DNA of 64,000 bases from Clostridia bacterium (GCA_051866635.1 JBJDXJ010000038.1:126051-190050); one strand, 5' to 3'; shown: positions 30,282 through 38,467, numbered from the stretch's first letter. Notes: generated by a model not told the origin, from the letters alone. Numbers and translations: made by a program.

Positions 30282-30354
30282 CAAAACAGGTTACGGATTA
30301 TATAATAGAGGTTGCAGGTATTCTGCAACCTTTTTGTTTTCAGAGGTGGGGTTT

Positions 30355-30771
30355 ATGGATAAAATCAGGCGGTTTATATATTTGCCGGTTATATATCACA
30401 GTGCCGTTTTTCTGGCAATGATAGTGGTCCTGGCAATGAAAATTAATGTTTCCTTGTTGGTTTTGTTGGATTGGTGCGGCGTTTTGTTATCACCCATACT
30501 TCTTGCCATATTATCCGTAGCACATGCGATTGTCCATGAAGGTAAGGTTTTTGATTATCTTAAGGACTGTGTTATCTCTCTTTGTGCAGTAAGCATTGTA
30601 AGAGTTGTTTTGTATTCTGTATTTTCATTGGGTATTTTGCCTGTTGCGGCAATGTGTGCACTTATTAGCTTTGGCGTGTTCTTTATATGGGATTGTGTTT
30701 TTGCTTTGACAGATAAAATTATGAAGAAAAAGCCACTTCAAAGAAATATGTACAAAAAGAATAAAAAATGA
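30355..30771 (+). CDS. Hypothetical polytopic membrane protein
   Basis: The ORF runs 30271..30771. The likely start is ATG 30355 (GAGGTGGGG RBS), downstream of a hairpin (ggttgcaggtattctgcaacc). About four hydrophobic helices are visible. Confidence 0.5.
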   Translation: MDKIRRFIYLPVIYHSAVFLAMIVVLAMKINVSLLVLLDWCGVLLSPILLAILSVAHAIVHEGKVFDYLKDCVISLCAVSIVRVVLYSVFSLGILPVAAMCALISFGVFFIWDCVFALTDKIMKKKPLQRNMYKKNKK

Positions 30772-30820
30772 TACACAAAGTCTTCTCCTTAAGAGAAGAT
30801 TTTGTGTGTTGAGAAAAATA

Positions 30821-30849
30821 TTGAAATAGACACCAATATGTGTTATAAT
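30821..30849 (+). promoter_or_regulatory. Candidate cysK promoter (TTGAAA, 17-nt spacer, TATAAT)
   Basis: TTGAAA lies at 30821-30826 and TATAAT at 30844-30849. It follows the terminator hairpin at 30773-30807. Confidence 0.55.
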
Positions 30850-30923
30850 TTTTTCACTAAAAGTACAATTTGTAGAAAACGTAGTATAATGTTATTGCAA
30901 ATTGTAAAAAGGATTGGTAATGT

Positions 30924-31850
30924 ATGATTTGTAATAATATTTTGGAAGCTATGGGGAATACCCCCATAATAAGACTTAACCATCTCACTGACGAAAACTC
31001 TGCCGAAATTCTGGTGAAGTTCGAGGGCTTGAATGTGGGTGGCTCCATTAAAACAAGAACGGCTTTTAACATGATAAAAAAAGCTGAAGAAGATGGCAAA
31101 ATTAATAAAAATACAATTATCGTTGAGCCTACAAGCGGTAATCAGGGCATAGGACTTGCCTTGGTTGGTGCAGTGCGTGGGTATAAGACTAAAATAATTA
31201 TGCCTGACAGTGTCAGCGAAGAAAGAAGAAAGTTAGTAGAGCATTACGGTGCAGAAGTAATACTCATTCATGATGCAGGCAATATCGGCGAATGTATTGA
31301 AGAATGTTTGCAGACTGCTCTTAAAATGCAGAGGGAGGATGAAAACGTGTTTGTCCCTCAGCAATTTGAAAACCCTGCAAATCCTGCCGTTCAGCGTTCT
31401 GTTACAGGATGGGAAATCCTTTCACAAGTGGCAAAGCCTATCCACGGCTTCTGCTCAGGTATTGGAACTGGCGGCACAATAACAGGTATCGGTGAAGCCT
31501 TGAAAAAGGAAAACCCCGATATCGAAATTTGGGCGGTAGAGCCTGAACATGCGGCGATACTTTCAGGCGGCTCAATAGGCACTCATTTGCAGATGGGCAT
31601 TGGTGACGGGCTTATACCCGATATTTTGAACCGTGAAATCTATGACGACATCTGCATTGTAAAAGATGATGAAGCTATTTTGACTGCGAAACTTCTTGCA
31701 TCTAAAGAAGGCATCATGTGCGGTATATCTTCAGGCACAAATGTTGCCGCCGCCATAAAAATGGCTAAAAAGTTAGGTCGGGGTAAAACTGTTGTAACGG
31801 TGCTTCCTGACACTGCGGAGAGATATTTCTCAACACCTTTGTTTGAATAA
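30924..31850 (+). CDS. cysK: Cysteine synthase A (O-acetylserine sulfhydrylase)
   Basis: 308 aa. Motifs: GNTPIIRL, GGSIKTR (PLP lysine), TSGNQGIGLA, GIGTGGTITG. Confidence 0.92.
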   Translation: MICNNILEAMGNTPIIRLNHLTDENSAEILVKFEGLNVGGSIKTRTAFNMIKKAEEDGKINKNTIIVEPTSGNQGIGLALVGAVRGYKTKIIMPDSVSEERRKLVEHYGAEVILIHDAGNIGECIEECLQTALKMQREDENVFVPQQFENPANPAVQRSVTGWEILSQVAKPIHGFCSGIGTGGTITGIGEALKKENPDIEIWAVEPEHAAILSGGSIGTHLQMGIGDGLIPDILNREIYDDICIVKDDEAILTAKLLASKEGIMCGISSGTNVAAAIKMAKKLGRGKTVVTVLPDTAERYFSTPLFE

Positions 31851-31856
31851 CGCATT

Positions 31857-32882
31857 ATGCGTATTAATAAAATTATTACATCGGAGGAAATGGAAATGGA
31901 TTGGAATTCAAATGTAAGACCTGAAACAATGGAAAGGATTACAACTAAGGAACAGGCTGATGCTTATATTAATGAGCTTGTTGAGTTTACCCGTAAACAG
32001 GTAGGCGACAAAAAGGTGCTTTTGGCTCTTTCAGGCGGCGTTGACTCATCTGTTGTTGCCGCACTTTTGATTAAGGCTATAGGCAAACAGCTTGTATGCG
32101 TTCATGTAAACCATGGACTTATGCGTAAGGGCGAAAGTGAACAGGTTATTGAAGTGTTCAAGCATCAGATGGACGCAAACCTTATTTATATTGATGCAAC
32201 AGACCGCTTCTTGGATAAACTTGCAGGCGTTGCCGAACCTGAAAAGAAAAGAAAGATTATCGGCGGCGAATTTATCGAAGTGTTTAACGAAGAAGCTAAG
32301 AAGCTTGAGGGTATCAAGTTCCTTGCACAGGGTACAATTTACCCCGATATTTTGGAATCTGACGGCGTAAAGGCACACCACAATGTGGGCGGTCTTCCCG
32401 AAGAAATGGAACTTGGTCTTGTTGAACCTGTTAAGCTTCTCTTTAAGGATGAAGTAAGGGTTGTGGGAAGTGCTTTGGGTCTTCCTAATGAAATGGTTTA
32501 CCGTCAGCCATTCCCCGGTCCCGGTTTGGGCGTAAGATGCTTGGGTGCTATTACACGTGACAGACTTCATGCCCTCAGGGAAGCTGATGCAATACTCCGC
32601 GAAGAATTTGCAAAGAACGGCTTAGAAGGTAAAGTTTGGCAGTACTTTATATCCGTGCCCGATATGAAGAGCGTGGGCGTAAAGGAAGGCAAGCGTTACG
32701 AGGGCTGGGCGGCAATTATCCGTGCAGTCAATACTGTTGACGCAATGACTGCCACAGTTCCCGAAATTGACTGGGCACTTTTAAAGCATATTACAGACAG
32801 AATACTTTCCGAAGTTGAAGGTATTAACCGTGTACTTTACGATTTGTCACCTAAGCCTGTGGCAACAATCGAGTGGGAATAA
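31857..32882 (+). CDS. GMP synthase ATP-pyrophosphatase plus dimerisation domains only (no GATase domain)
   Basis: 341 aa. Motifs: PP-loop LSGGVDSSV, KRKIIGGEFI, FLAQGTIYPDILES, HHNVGGLP, RQPFPGPGLGVR, and the C-terminal TIEWE. Only about 55 residues precede the PP-loop. Confidence 0.85.
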   Translation: MRINKIITSEEMEMDWNSNVRPETMERITTKEQADAYINELVEFTRKQVGDKKVLLALSGGVDSSVVAALLIKAIGKQLVCVHVNHGLMRKGESEQVIEVFKHQMDANLIYIDATDRFLDKLAGVAEPEKKRKIIGGEFIEVFNEEAKKLEGIKFLAQGTIYPDILESDGVKAHHNVGGLPEEMELGLVEPVKLLFKDEVRVVGSALGLPNEMVYRQPFPGPGLGVRCLGAITRDRLHALREADAILREEFAKNGLEGKVWQYFISVPDMKSVGVKEGKRYEGWAAIIRAVNTVDAMTATVPEIDWALLKHITDRILSEVEGINRVLYDLSPKPVATIEWE

Positions 32883-32899
32883 TATAATGTGGTTTTAAA

Positions 32900-32935
32900 G
32901 TGGTTTGAAATCAAGTGATTTCAAACCACTTTTTT
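32900..32935 (+). terminator. Rho-independent terminator after the guaA-like gene
   Basis: gtggtttgaaatca-ag-tgatttcaaaccac forms a 14-bp stem followed by TTTTTT. Confidence 0.85.
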
Positions 32936-33173
32936 GCGTCAACTATAAAACAAATCACATCAAAAACAGAGGAAATACTAAGAATGAAATTGAGAAAATC
33001 AACAAAGCACTGCATGAGCTGCGGAGTGCTGTGAAAACCTGTAACAATATTTTTAAGGATGCCGAGCGTATCAGAGAACATACAAACTATGTTTCTCGAC
33101 TTGAGCAAGAGGCAAAGGAACAAAACAAAAGTAAAAATAAAAATTATATTATTCGATAGAATGGAGGAACTTA

Positions 33174-33376
33174 TGAAAACGATAAAATCAATTATTATTT
33201 TAATTATGGTAATGATATTTACAACAACTACATATGCAGCAGAGGTGCCGAGAGAGTCGGCATCCTGCTATACTACAAATGACAGTATTACCGTGGCAGA
33301 AAACCTTATAGGCGATATTTTGACTGAAGTACAAAATGGTTTAGGCTACGCCGATGCAAGAGCAAGTCGAATGTGA
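33174..33376 (+). CDS. Small secreted hypothetical protein (possibly the 5' part of a frameshifted gene)
   Basis: ATG 33174 follows GGAGGAAC. The signal peptide is MKTIKSIIILIMVMIFTTTTYAAE. The ORF overlaps the next one by 23 nt in another frame. Confidence 0.4.
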
Positions 33377-33728
33377 TTTCAATGCATGGCTTAACGGACA
33401 GACTTGCGATTTTAGTTATGGAGAGCTTGTTAATATAGCAAATAATGCGATATGGCAATATCGAGATATGTATTTGCGACCTGATTTTTATGCAAATAAT
33501 CTTGAAAAGGTAAGAGTTATTATTGCTCCTGTAATTGAAGATTATAAATCCGGCAAAAGCACTTATGCAGAAGCAGAATTCAATGCACAAACAAAGATTT
33601 ATCAATCCGTAAAGTCTGATTTCAATCCCGATGTAGAATATATGAAAGATCCTCTTTCGAGGGATATTCCGTCAGTTGATAATAGCTTGTTTATACTTGC
33701 AAGAAAGCTGATTTTAGAAAACAAATAA
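33354..33728 (+). CDS. Hypothetical protein
   Basis: 124-aa ORF with no recognisable motif. A hairpin follows at 33735-33766. Confidence 0.4.
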   Translation: MQEQVECDFNAWLNGQTCDFSYGELVNIANNAIWQYRDMYLRPDFYANNLEKVRVIIAPVIEDYKSGKSTYAEAEFNAQTKIYQSVKSDFNPDVEYMKDPLSRDIPSVDNSLFILARKLILENK

Positions 33729-33868
33729 CTTTTGGTGCGGTAGTGGGTGTGTTTCCACTATCGCACTAATAAATCTTTGTATAAAACGTAGAAAAGTTAA
33801 AAATAGTATTGCTTTTATTCGAGTTTTAGAATATAATATAATTTGTAATAGACAAGGAGTGTAGAAAT

Positions 33869-34939
33869 ATGGAAGTTATGTCTGCAAGAGAAGCTGCTGA
33901 TAAGTGGGGCATATCCCAAAGACGTGTAGCGGTCCTCTGTTCTGAAAATAGAATAGCAAATGTTCAAATGTTAGGTAATATGTGGCTTATACCTACAAAT
34001 GCAGAAAAACCTATTGACGCAAGAAGTACAAGATATAACACTACAGACGAAAAGACAGTAAAACCTTTTCTTAAATGGGCAGGTGGCAAAGGACAACTAT
34101 TAAAAGAAATTGAAAGATATTACCCTTTTAACAATGGTAATATTACAAAGTATGCGGAGCCATTTGTCGGAGGAGGTGCTGTTCTTTTTGATATTCTCAG
34201 TAAATATGATTTGGAACAGATTTATATAAGTGATATAAATGCTGAGCTTATAAACACTTATGTTATCATAAGAGAACATATTGAGGAACTGATAGGATTA
34301 TTAAGCAAATATCAAAGTGAGTATGTGCCTCTTGAAACAGAAGATAGAAAGTCATACTATATGGCAAAAAGAGTTAGATTTAATGATTTGAAAGTTAACG
34401 GCAACGAGGCTGAAAACATTGAAAAAGCAGCATTGATGATTTTTCTTAATAAAACTTGCTTCAATGGTCTGTTTAGAGTAAACAAAAAAGGTCTGTTTAA
34501 TGTTCCTATGGGAGCATACAAAAATCCGCTTATCTGTGATGAAAAAAACCTTCGTGCGGTATCGGACAAACTTCAAAATGTTGAAATTGTATGTGGTGAT
34601 TACAGAGAGTCGGCTGACTTTATTGATAAAAATACATTTGTTTATTTTGATCCGCCATACAGACCTATTACTGATACCGCAAGTTTTACTGCATATACTG
34701 AGAATTTATTTAATGACGAAGAACAAATTGAACTTGCTGAATTTGTTGAATGTATGCACAAAAAAGGAGCAAAAGTAGTTGTAAGCAATTCCGATCCGAA
34801 GAATTCTAATACAGAAGATGATTTCTTTGATAATATATATTCTGCTCATAAAATTAAGCGAGTTGAGGCTACACGAATGATTAATTGCAACAGCGAAGCA
34901 AGAGGAAAAATCAAAGAACTGCTTATATCAAATTTTTAA
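33869..34939 (+). CDS. Dam-family (alpha-class) N6-adenine DNA methyltransferase with an N-terminal HTH, DpnM/M.MboIA-like (GATC expected)
   Basis: 356 aa. Motifs: FLKWAGGKGQLL, EPFVGGGAVLFD, FNGLFRVNKKGLFNVP, FDPPY. The N-terminal 45 aa (AREAADKWGISQRRVAVLCSENRI) look like a DNA-binding HTH. Confidence 0.88.
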   Translation: MEVMSAREAADKWGISQRRVAVLCSENRIANVQMLGNMWLIPTNAEKPIDARSTRYNTTDEKTVKPFLKWAGGKGQLLKEIERYYPFNNGNITKYAEPFVGGGAVLFDILSKYDLEQIYISDINAELINTYVIIREHIEELIGLLSKYQSEYVPLETEDRKSYYMAKRVRFNDLKVNGNEAENIEKAALMIFLNKTCFNGLFRVNKKGLFNVPMGAYKNPLICDEKNLRAVSDKLQNVEIVCGDYRESADFIDKNTFVYFDPPYRPITDTASFTAYTENLFNDEEQIELAEFVECMHKKGAKVVVSNSDPKNSNTEDDFFDNIYSAHKIKRVEATRMINCNSEARGKIKELLISNF

Positions 34940-34954
34940 GGAGATTTTGGACTT

Positions 34955-35491
34955 ATGATAAAGAACGGAAAAGGCTGCGGCAATACCAAAACCGGACTTG
35001 TATTTGAGGGAAAAACTGATTTGGCAACTTTCTTAAACAAACAAAAGGGGTATCGTGTTACAGATAACATTGTGTTTTATAACGATGAAAAAGTTGCTCG
35101 CATTTTTAAAAAGCATGGATTTTATAAGTTCTTGGAAGAAGTTGGGGTTGATTGGACAAAAATCATATCAAAAAAACTTCTGCCGGATGACAGTATCTAT
35201 GTAATCGTGAATAATACGCTTTTTATTATCGAATGTAAGTATCAACAAGTGGCAGGCTCCGTTGATGAAAAATTACAAACTTGCGATTTTAAAAGAAAAC
35301 AATATCAAAAATTGATGGCACAACTAAATATTGATGTGGAATACATATATTTATTGTCAAATTGGTTTAAAAATCCTAAGTACAAAGATGTATTAGACTA
35401 TATTATAAGTGTGCGTTGTCAGTATTACTTTGAATATATACCGCTTACAAAATTAGGTTTGCCTGTACCCAATAATGCAGAGGAGGAGTAA
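34955..35491 (+). CDS. Uncharacterised protein with a PD-(D/E)xK nuclease signature
   Basis: 178 aa. LPDDSIYVIVNNTLFIIECKYQ gives P-D, then 14 residues, then E-C-K, preceded by a possible helix-1 acid (LVFEG). I recognised no family. Confidence 0.5.
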   Translation: MIKNGKGCGNTKTGLVFEGKTDLATFLNKQKGYRVTDNIVFYNDEKVARIFKKHGFYKFLEEVGVDWTKIISKKLLPDDSIYVIVNNTLFIIECKYQQVAGSVDEKLQTCDFKRKQYQKLMAQLNIDVEYIYLLSNWFKNPKYKDVLDYIISVRCQYYFEYIPLTKLGLPVPNNAEEE

Positions 35492-35494
35492 TTG

Positions 35495-36355
35495 ATGTCA
35501 AGGGAGTTTAATACTTGGTTATCCGAATTTCGTGACAGTATCGCAGATTACGGATATTATATAGATTTTGAAAAGGTACATAGAAATGTCGGAAATATAA
35601 AGGTTGAGCTTAATATTCTGAACTCACTTATTGGTTCTGACAATATTGAAGATGATTTTGAAAATTTAATTAAAAAATATCCCGAAGTGTTAAAATGTAT
35701 TCCATTGCTTTTGGCTGTACGGGCGAATGAGATATATGCTATTGATGGTGATGGAGCGTTTACATATAATTTTAAGAAAGCTAATCTCGACTCAGAACAG
35801 TATAAGGTGTTTATGCGTAAAACAGGTTTGTTTGATTTAATAGCTAATCATATTGTGAACAATTTGGTTGACTATGCTACGGGCGTTGAAACAGGACTTG
35901 ATTCTAATGGTCGCAAAAATCGAGGTGGACATTTAATGGAAAACTTGGTTGAAAGTTTTATTAAAAAAGCGGGATTTGTAAAAGATGAAACATACTTTAA
36001 GGAAATGTATATTCATCAGATTACCGAGAAGTGGGGCATTGATTTATCTGCAATTTCAAATCAAGGCAAAATGGAAAAACGCTTTGATTATGTAGTTAAG
36101 ACACCAAATATGATTTACGGTATTGAAACTAATTTTTACGGCAGCGGCGGCTCAAAACTCAATGAAACTGCTCGCAGCTATAAAACACTTGCTCTTGAAA
36201 CCGATACAATAGACGGATTTACTTTTATTTGGTTTACGGACGGCAAAGGTTGGACAAATGCAAGGCACAACCTTGAAGAAACATTTGATGTTATGGAACA
36301 CATTTATAATATTAATGATATGGAAAACGAGATAATTCAAGAGGTTTTTAAATAA
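35495..36355 (+). CDS. DpnII/MboI-family type II restriction endonuclease (GATC expected)
   Basis: About 286 aa. It looks collinear with R.DpnII as I recall it (NILNSLIGSDNIEDDF, GRKNRGGHLMEN, NFYGSGGSKLNETARSYK, YNINDME). AGGAGGAG lies 6 nt upstream of ATG 35495. Confidence 0.8.
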   Translation: MSREFNTWLSEFRDSIADYGYYIDFEKVHRNVGNIKVELNILNSLIGSDNIEDDFENLIKKYPEVLKCIPLLLAVRANEIYAIDGDGAFTYNFKKANLDSEQYKVFMRKTGLFDLIANHIVNNLVDYATGVETGLDSNGRKNRGGHLMENLVESFIKKAGFVKDETYFKEMYIHQITEKWGIDLSAISNQGKMEKRFDYVVKTPNMIYGIETNFYGSGGSKLNETARSYKTLALETDTIDGFTFIWFTDGKGWTNARHNLEETFDVMEHIYNINDMENEIIQEVFK

Positions 36356-37104
36356 TGGCAGAGAAAAAAATTAAAAAATGGGAGCCTGAAGATTTTGAGC
36401 TTGAAATGACTACGCATTGGTCATTTCCAAAGCGTGGCGATTGGGCAACTCACGATGCTAAATGGCGTGGCAATTGGTCTCCATACATACCAAGAAATAT
36501 TATATTAAGATATTCTCAAGAGGGAGATTTAGTTCTTGACCAATTTGCCGGGGGTGGTACTACTCTTGTTGAAGCAAAACTTTTGAATCGAGACATAATT
36601 GGTGTAGATATAAATGATGTTGCACTTGAACGCTGCAGAGAAAAAACAACATTTGATTATGAACCTGCAAAAGGTAAAGTGTATATCAAAAAAGGCGATG
36701 CAAGAAATCTTGATTTTGTACCCGATGATAGTATTGACTTGATATGCACCCATCCACCTTATGCAGATATTATTAAGTATAGCGATGGCATAGAGGAAGA
36801 TTTATCTCAATTAAAAGTTAAAGACTTTCTTGAAGAAATGAAAAAGGTTGCAACAGAGAGTTATCGTGTGCTTAAAAAGGACAGGTTTTGTGCTGTTCTT
36901 ATGGGCGATACAAGGCAAAAAGGATGTATGATACCGATGTCGTTTGAGGTTATGAAAATTTTTCAAGACGCAGGATTTAGACTTAAAGAACTTATAATAA
37001 AAGAACAGCATAATTGCAGGGCAACAGGATATTGGAAAACAAATAGTGTGAAATATAATTTTTTGCTGATTGCACACGAGTATTTGTTTGTATTTAGAAA
37101 GTAA
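36355..37104 (+). CDS. Amino-DNA methyltransferase with atypical motif order and an HPPY catalytic tetrad
   Basis: 249 aa. Motif I (GDLVLDQFAGGGTTLVEA) precedes motif IV (DLICTHPPYADII). This is not the beta-class order of DpnA/M.MboIC. Confidence 0.7.
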   Translation: MAEKKIKKWEPEDFELEMTTHWSFPKRGDWATHDAKWRGNWSPYIPRNIILRYSQEGDLVLDQFAGGGTTLVEAKLLNRDIIGVDINDVALERCREKTTFDYEPAKGKVYIKKGDARNLDFVPDDSIDLICTHPPYADIIKYSDGIEEDLSQLKVKDFLEEMKKVATESYRVLKKDRFCAVLMGDTRQKGCMIPMSFEVMKIFQDAGFRLKELIIKEQHNCRATGYWKTNSVKYNFLLIAHEYLFVFRK

Positions 37105-37116
37105 GGAGGATTTTGA

Positions 37117-38103
37117 ATGGGAGCAACAGAAATTGTTCAAGCATTAGTGTCTCCAACAGAAAAATTAATAGATGCTGTATCAGGAGCTATAGGGAAAGCA
37201 TATGAACCTCGCCATGTCAGAAAAATGGCGGAAGCAAAATCTTATGAACTAAAATTAATTGCAGATACAGTTCGTAATAATAGCGATGTACCAATAGTAT
37301 ACGATTCAACTGGTGTTGTTATTGACACAAGCAATTATGAGGAAATTGCAAAAAGAGCTTCATGTCGCTTGGCATTTCAAGAAATTACAAAGCAGCAAAA
37401 TATTGAATCAATTGCCGACAAAGCTTATGAAGAACTAGAAAATTCTGATTCTGTAAGCAATGTACCCGTGAGTCAAGATTGGATGTCTCGTTTCTTTAAC
37501 TCAGTCGAAGATATTAGTGACGATAAGATGCAAGAAGTTTGGGCACATATTTTAGCGAGTGAAATCAAGACACCTAATACATATTCATATCGAACTATTG
37601 ACAAACTTAAGAATATGACTCGAAATGAAGCAGAATTATTTCAAAGAGTTGCGGGACTTTCAATGCGAGGCGGTAGTGTATATTTCATACTTTCCGATAA
37701 AGAACTTCTTAATAGTTATGGTGTTTACTTCAGTGAGCTTCTTTCGCTTGAAGAGTGCGGTCTAATCTCTACACAAAGTTTGACTTTTAAGATTGAAGCA
37801 TCAGAAAAACAACCAGGACATTTAATGACTGATAAATATATAGGTTTTATTCGTGGCCGAGAAACAGATAAGATACAAGAATTTAAGTTAAATATATATG
37901 TGTTTACAGAGAGTGGTAAACAGCTAATTAATGCAATACACCCACAAACGGACGATAAGTATTTTATTGACTGCATGCAAAAAATTCACCAAGAGCACAG
38001 TAGTTTCTCTGTTGCAGTTCACAGAATCAATTATATTACTGACGATGGTAGAATAAATTATAATGATGTCGATATTCTTTCTACAATAAATAATGTTGGT
38101 TAA
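37117..38103 (+). CDS. DUF2806-like protein
   Basis: 328 aa. KLIDAVSGAIGKAYEP..RKMAEAK and DWMSRFFNSVEDISDDKMQEVWAHILASEI..YSYRTIDKLKNMTRNEAELFQRV match my memory of the DUF2806 signature. AAGGAGGA lies 7 nt upstream, and the gene follows the methylase by 12 nt. Confidence 0.55.
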   Translation: MGATEIVQALVSPTEKLIDAVSGAIGKAYEPRHVRKMAEAKSYELKLIADTVRNNSDVPIVYDSTGVVIDTSNYEEIAKRASCRLAFQEITKQQNIESIADKAYEELENSDSVSNVPVSQDWMSRFFNSVEDISDDKMQEVWAHILASEIKTPNTYSYRTIDKLKNMTRNEAELFQRVAGLSMRGGSVYFILSDKELLNSYGVYFSELLSLEECGLISTQSLTFKIEASEKQPGHLMTDKYIGFIRGRETDKIQEFKLNIYVFTESGKQLINAIHPQTDDKYFIDCMQKIHQEHSSFSVAVHRINYITDDGRINYNDVDILSTINNVG

Positions 38104-38304
38104 ATCAAAATTGCTATGATTAAATACTTTGATTAGCATTTCATTTAAAAATTTTTTGAGTACATTTTGAGTACAAAAACTTTCGCAAAAGAAATCACGA
38201 CACAGGAATTCGTAAAATTTAAGGAATGTAATTATGCAAAATCAAGGAAAAACACCTTGATTAACTTCCCATAAATCGAGTGGGTATAATATAATGGGGT
38301 TTTA

Positions 38305-38467
38305 AAGAGGCTGTAAAATGTCTCTTAGTAAATAAGTTAAGACCATTTGGGACAGTCCCCCTTATGGCAAATTGGGCGACAATTTGCCAAAGAAACCTTG
38401 CGAGGTTTTGTTGGGACAGTCCCGAAATGGTCTTTTTGTTATCTCAGTGTGGACTTTTTTTACAGCC
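38305..38467 (+). repeat. Structured repeat of about 165 nt, copy 1 (MITE-like or ncRNA)
   Basis: Near-identical to 53214-53378, with 2 mismatches over the roughly 135-nt core. It has terminal inverted repeats (ggctgtaaaa...ttttacagcc) and an internal 15-bp stem (aagaccatttgggac / gtcccgaaatggtctt). Two hairpins are present (ggcaaattg/caatttgcc and aaacct/aggttt), and the motif tgggacagtccc occurs twice. Confidence 0.85.

Noticed and set aside
32905-33159. An 84-aa ORF after the guaA-like gene.
   Set aside because: Its first 30 nt are the terminator hairpin of the upstream gene. It has no ATG or RBS. The lysine- and glutamate-rich tail may be a decayed gene fragment, but it is not a supportable CDS.
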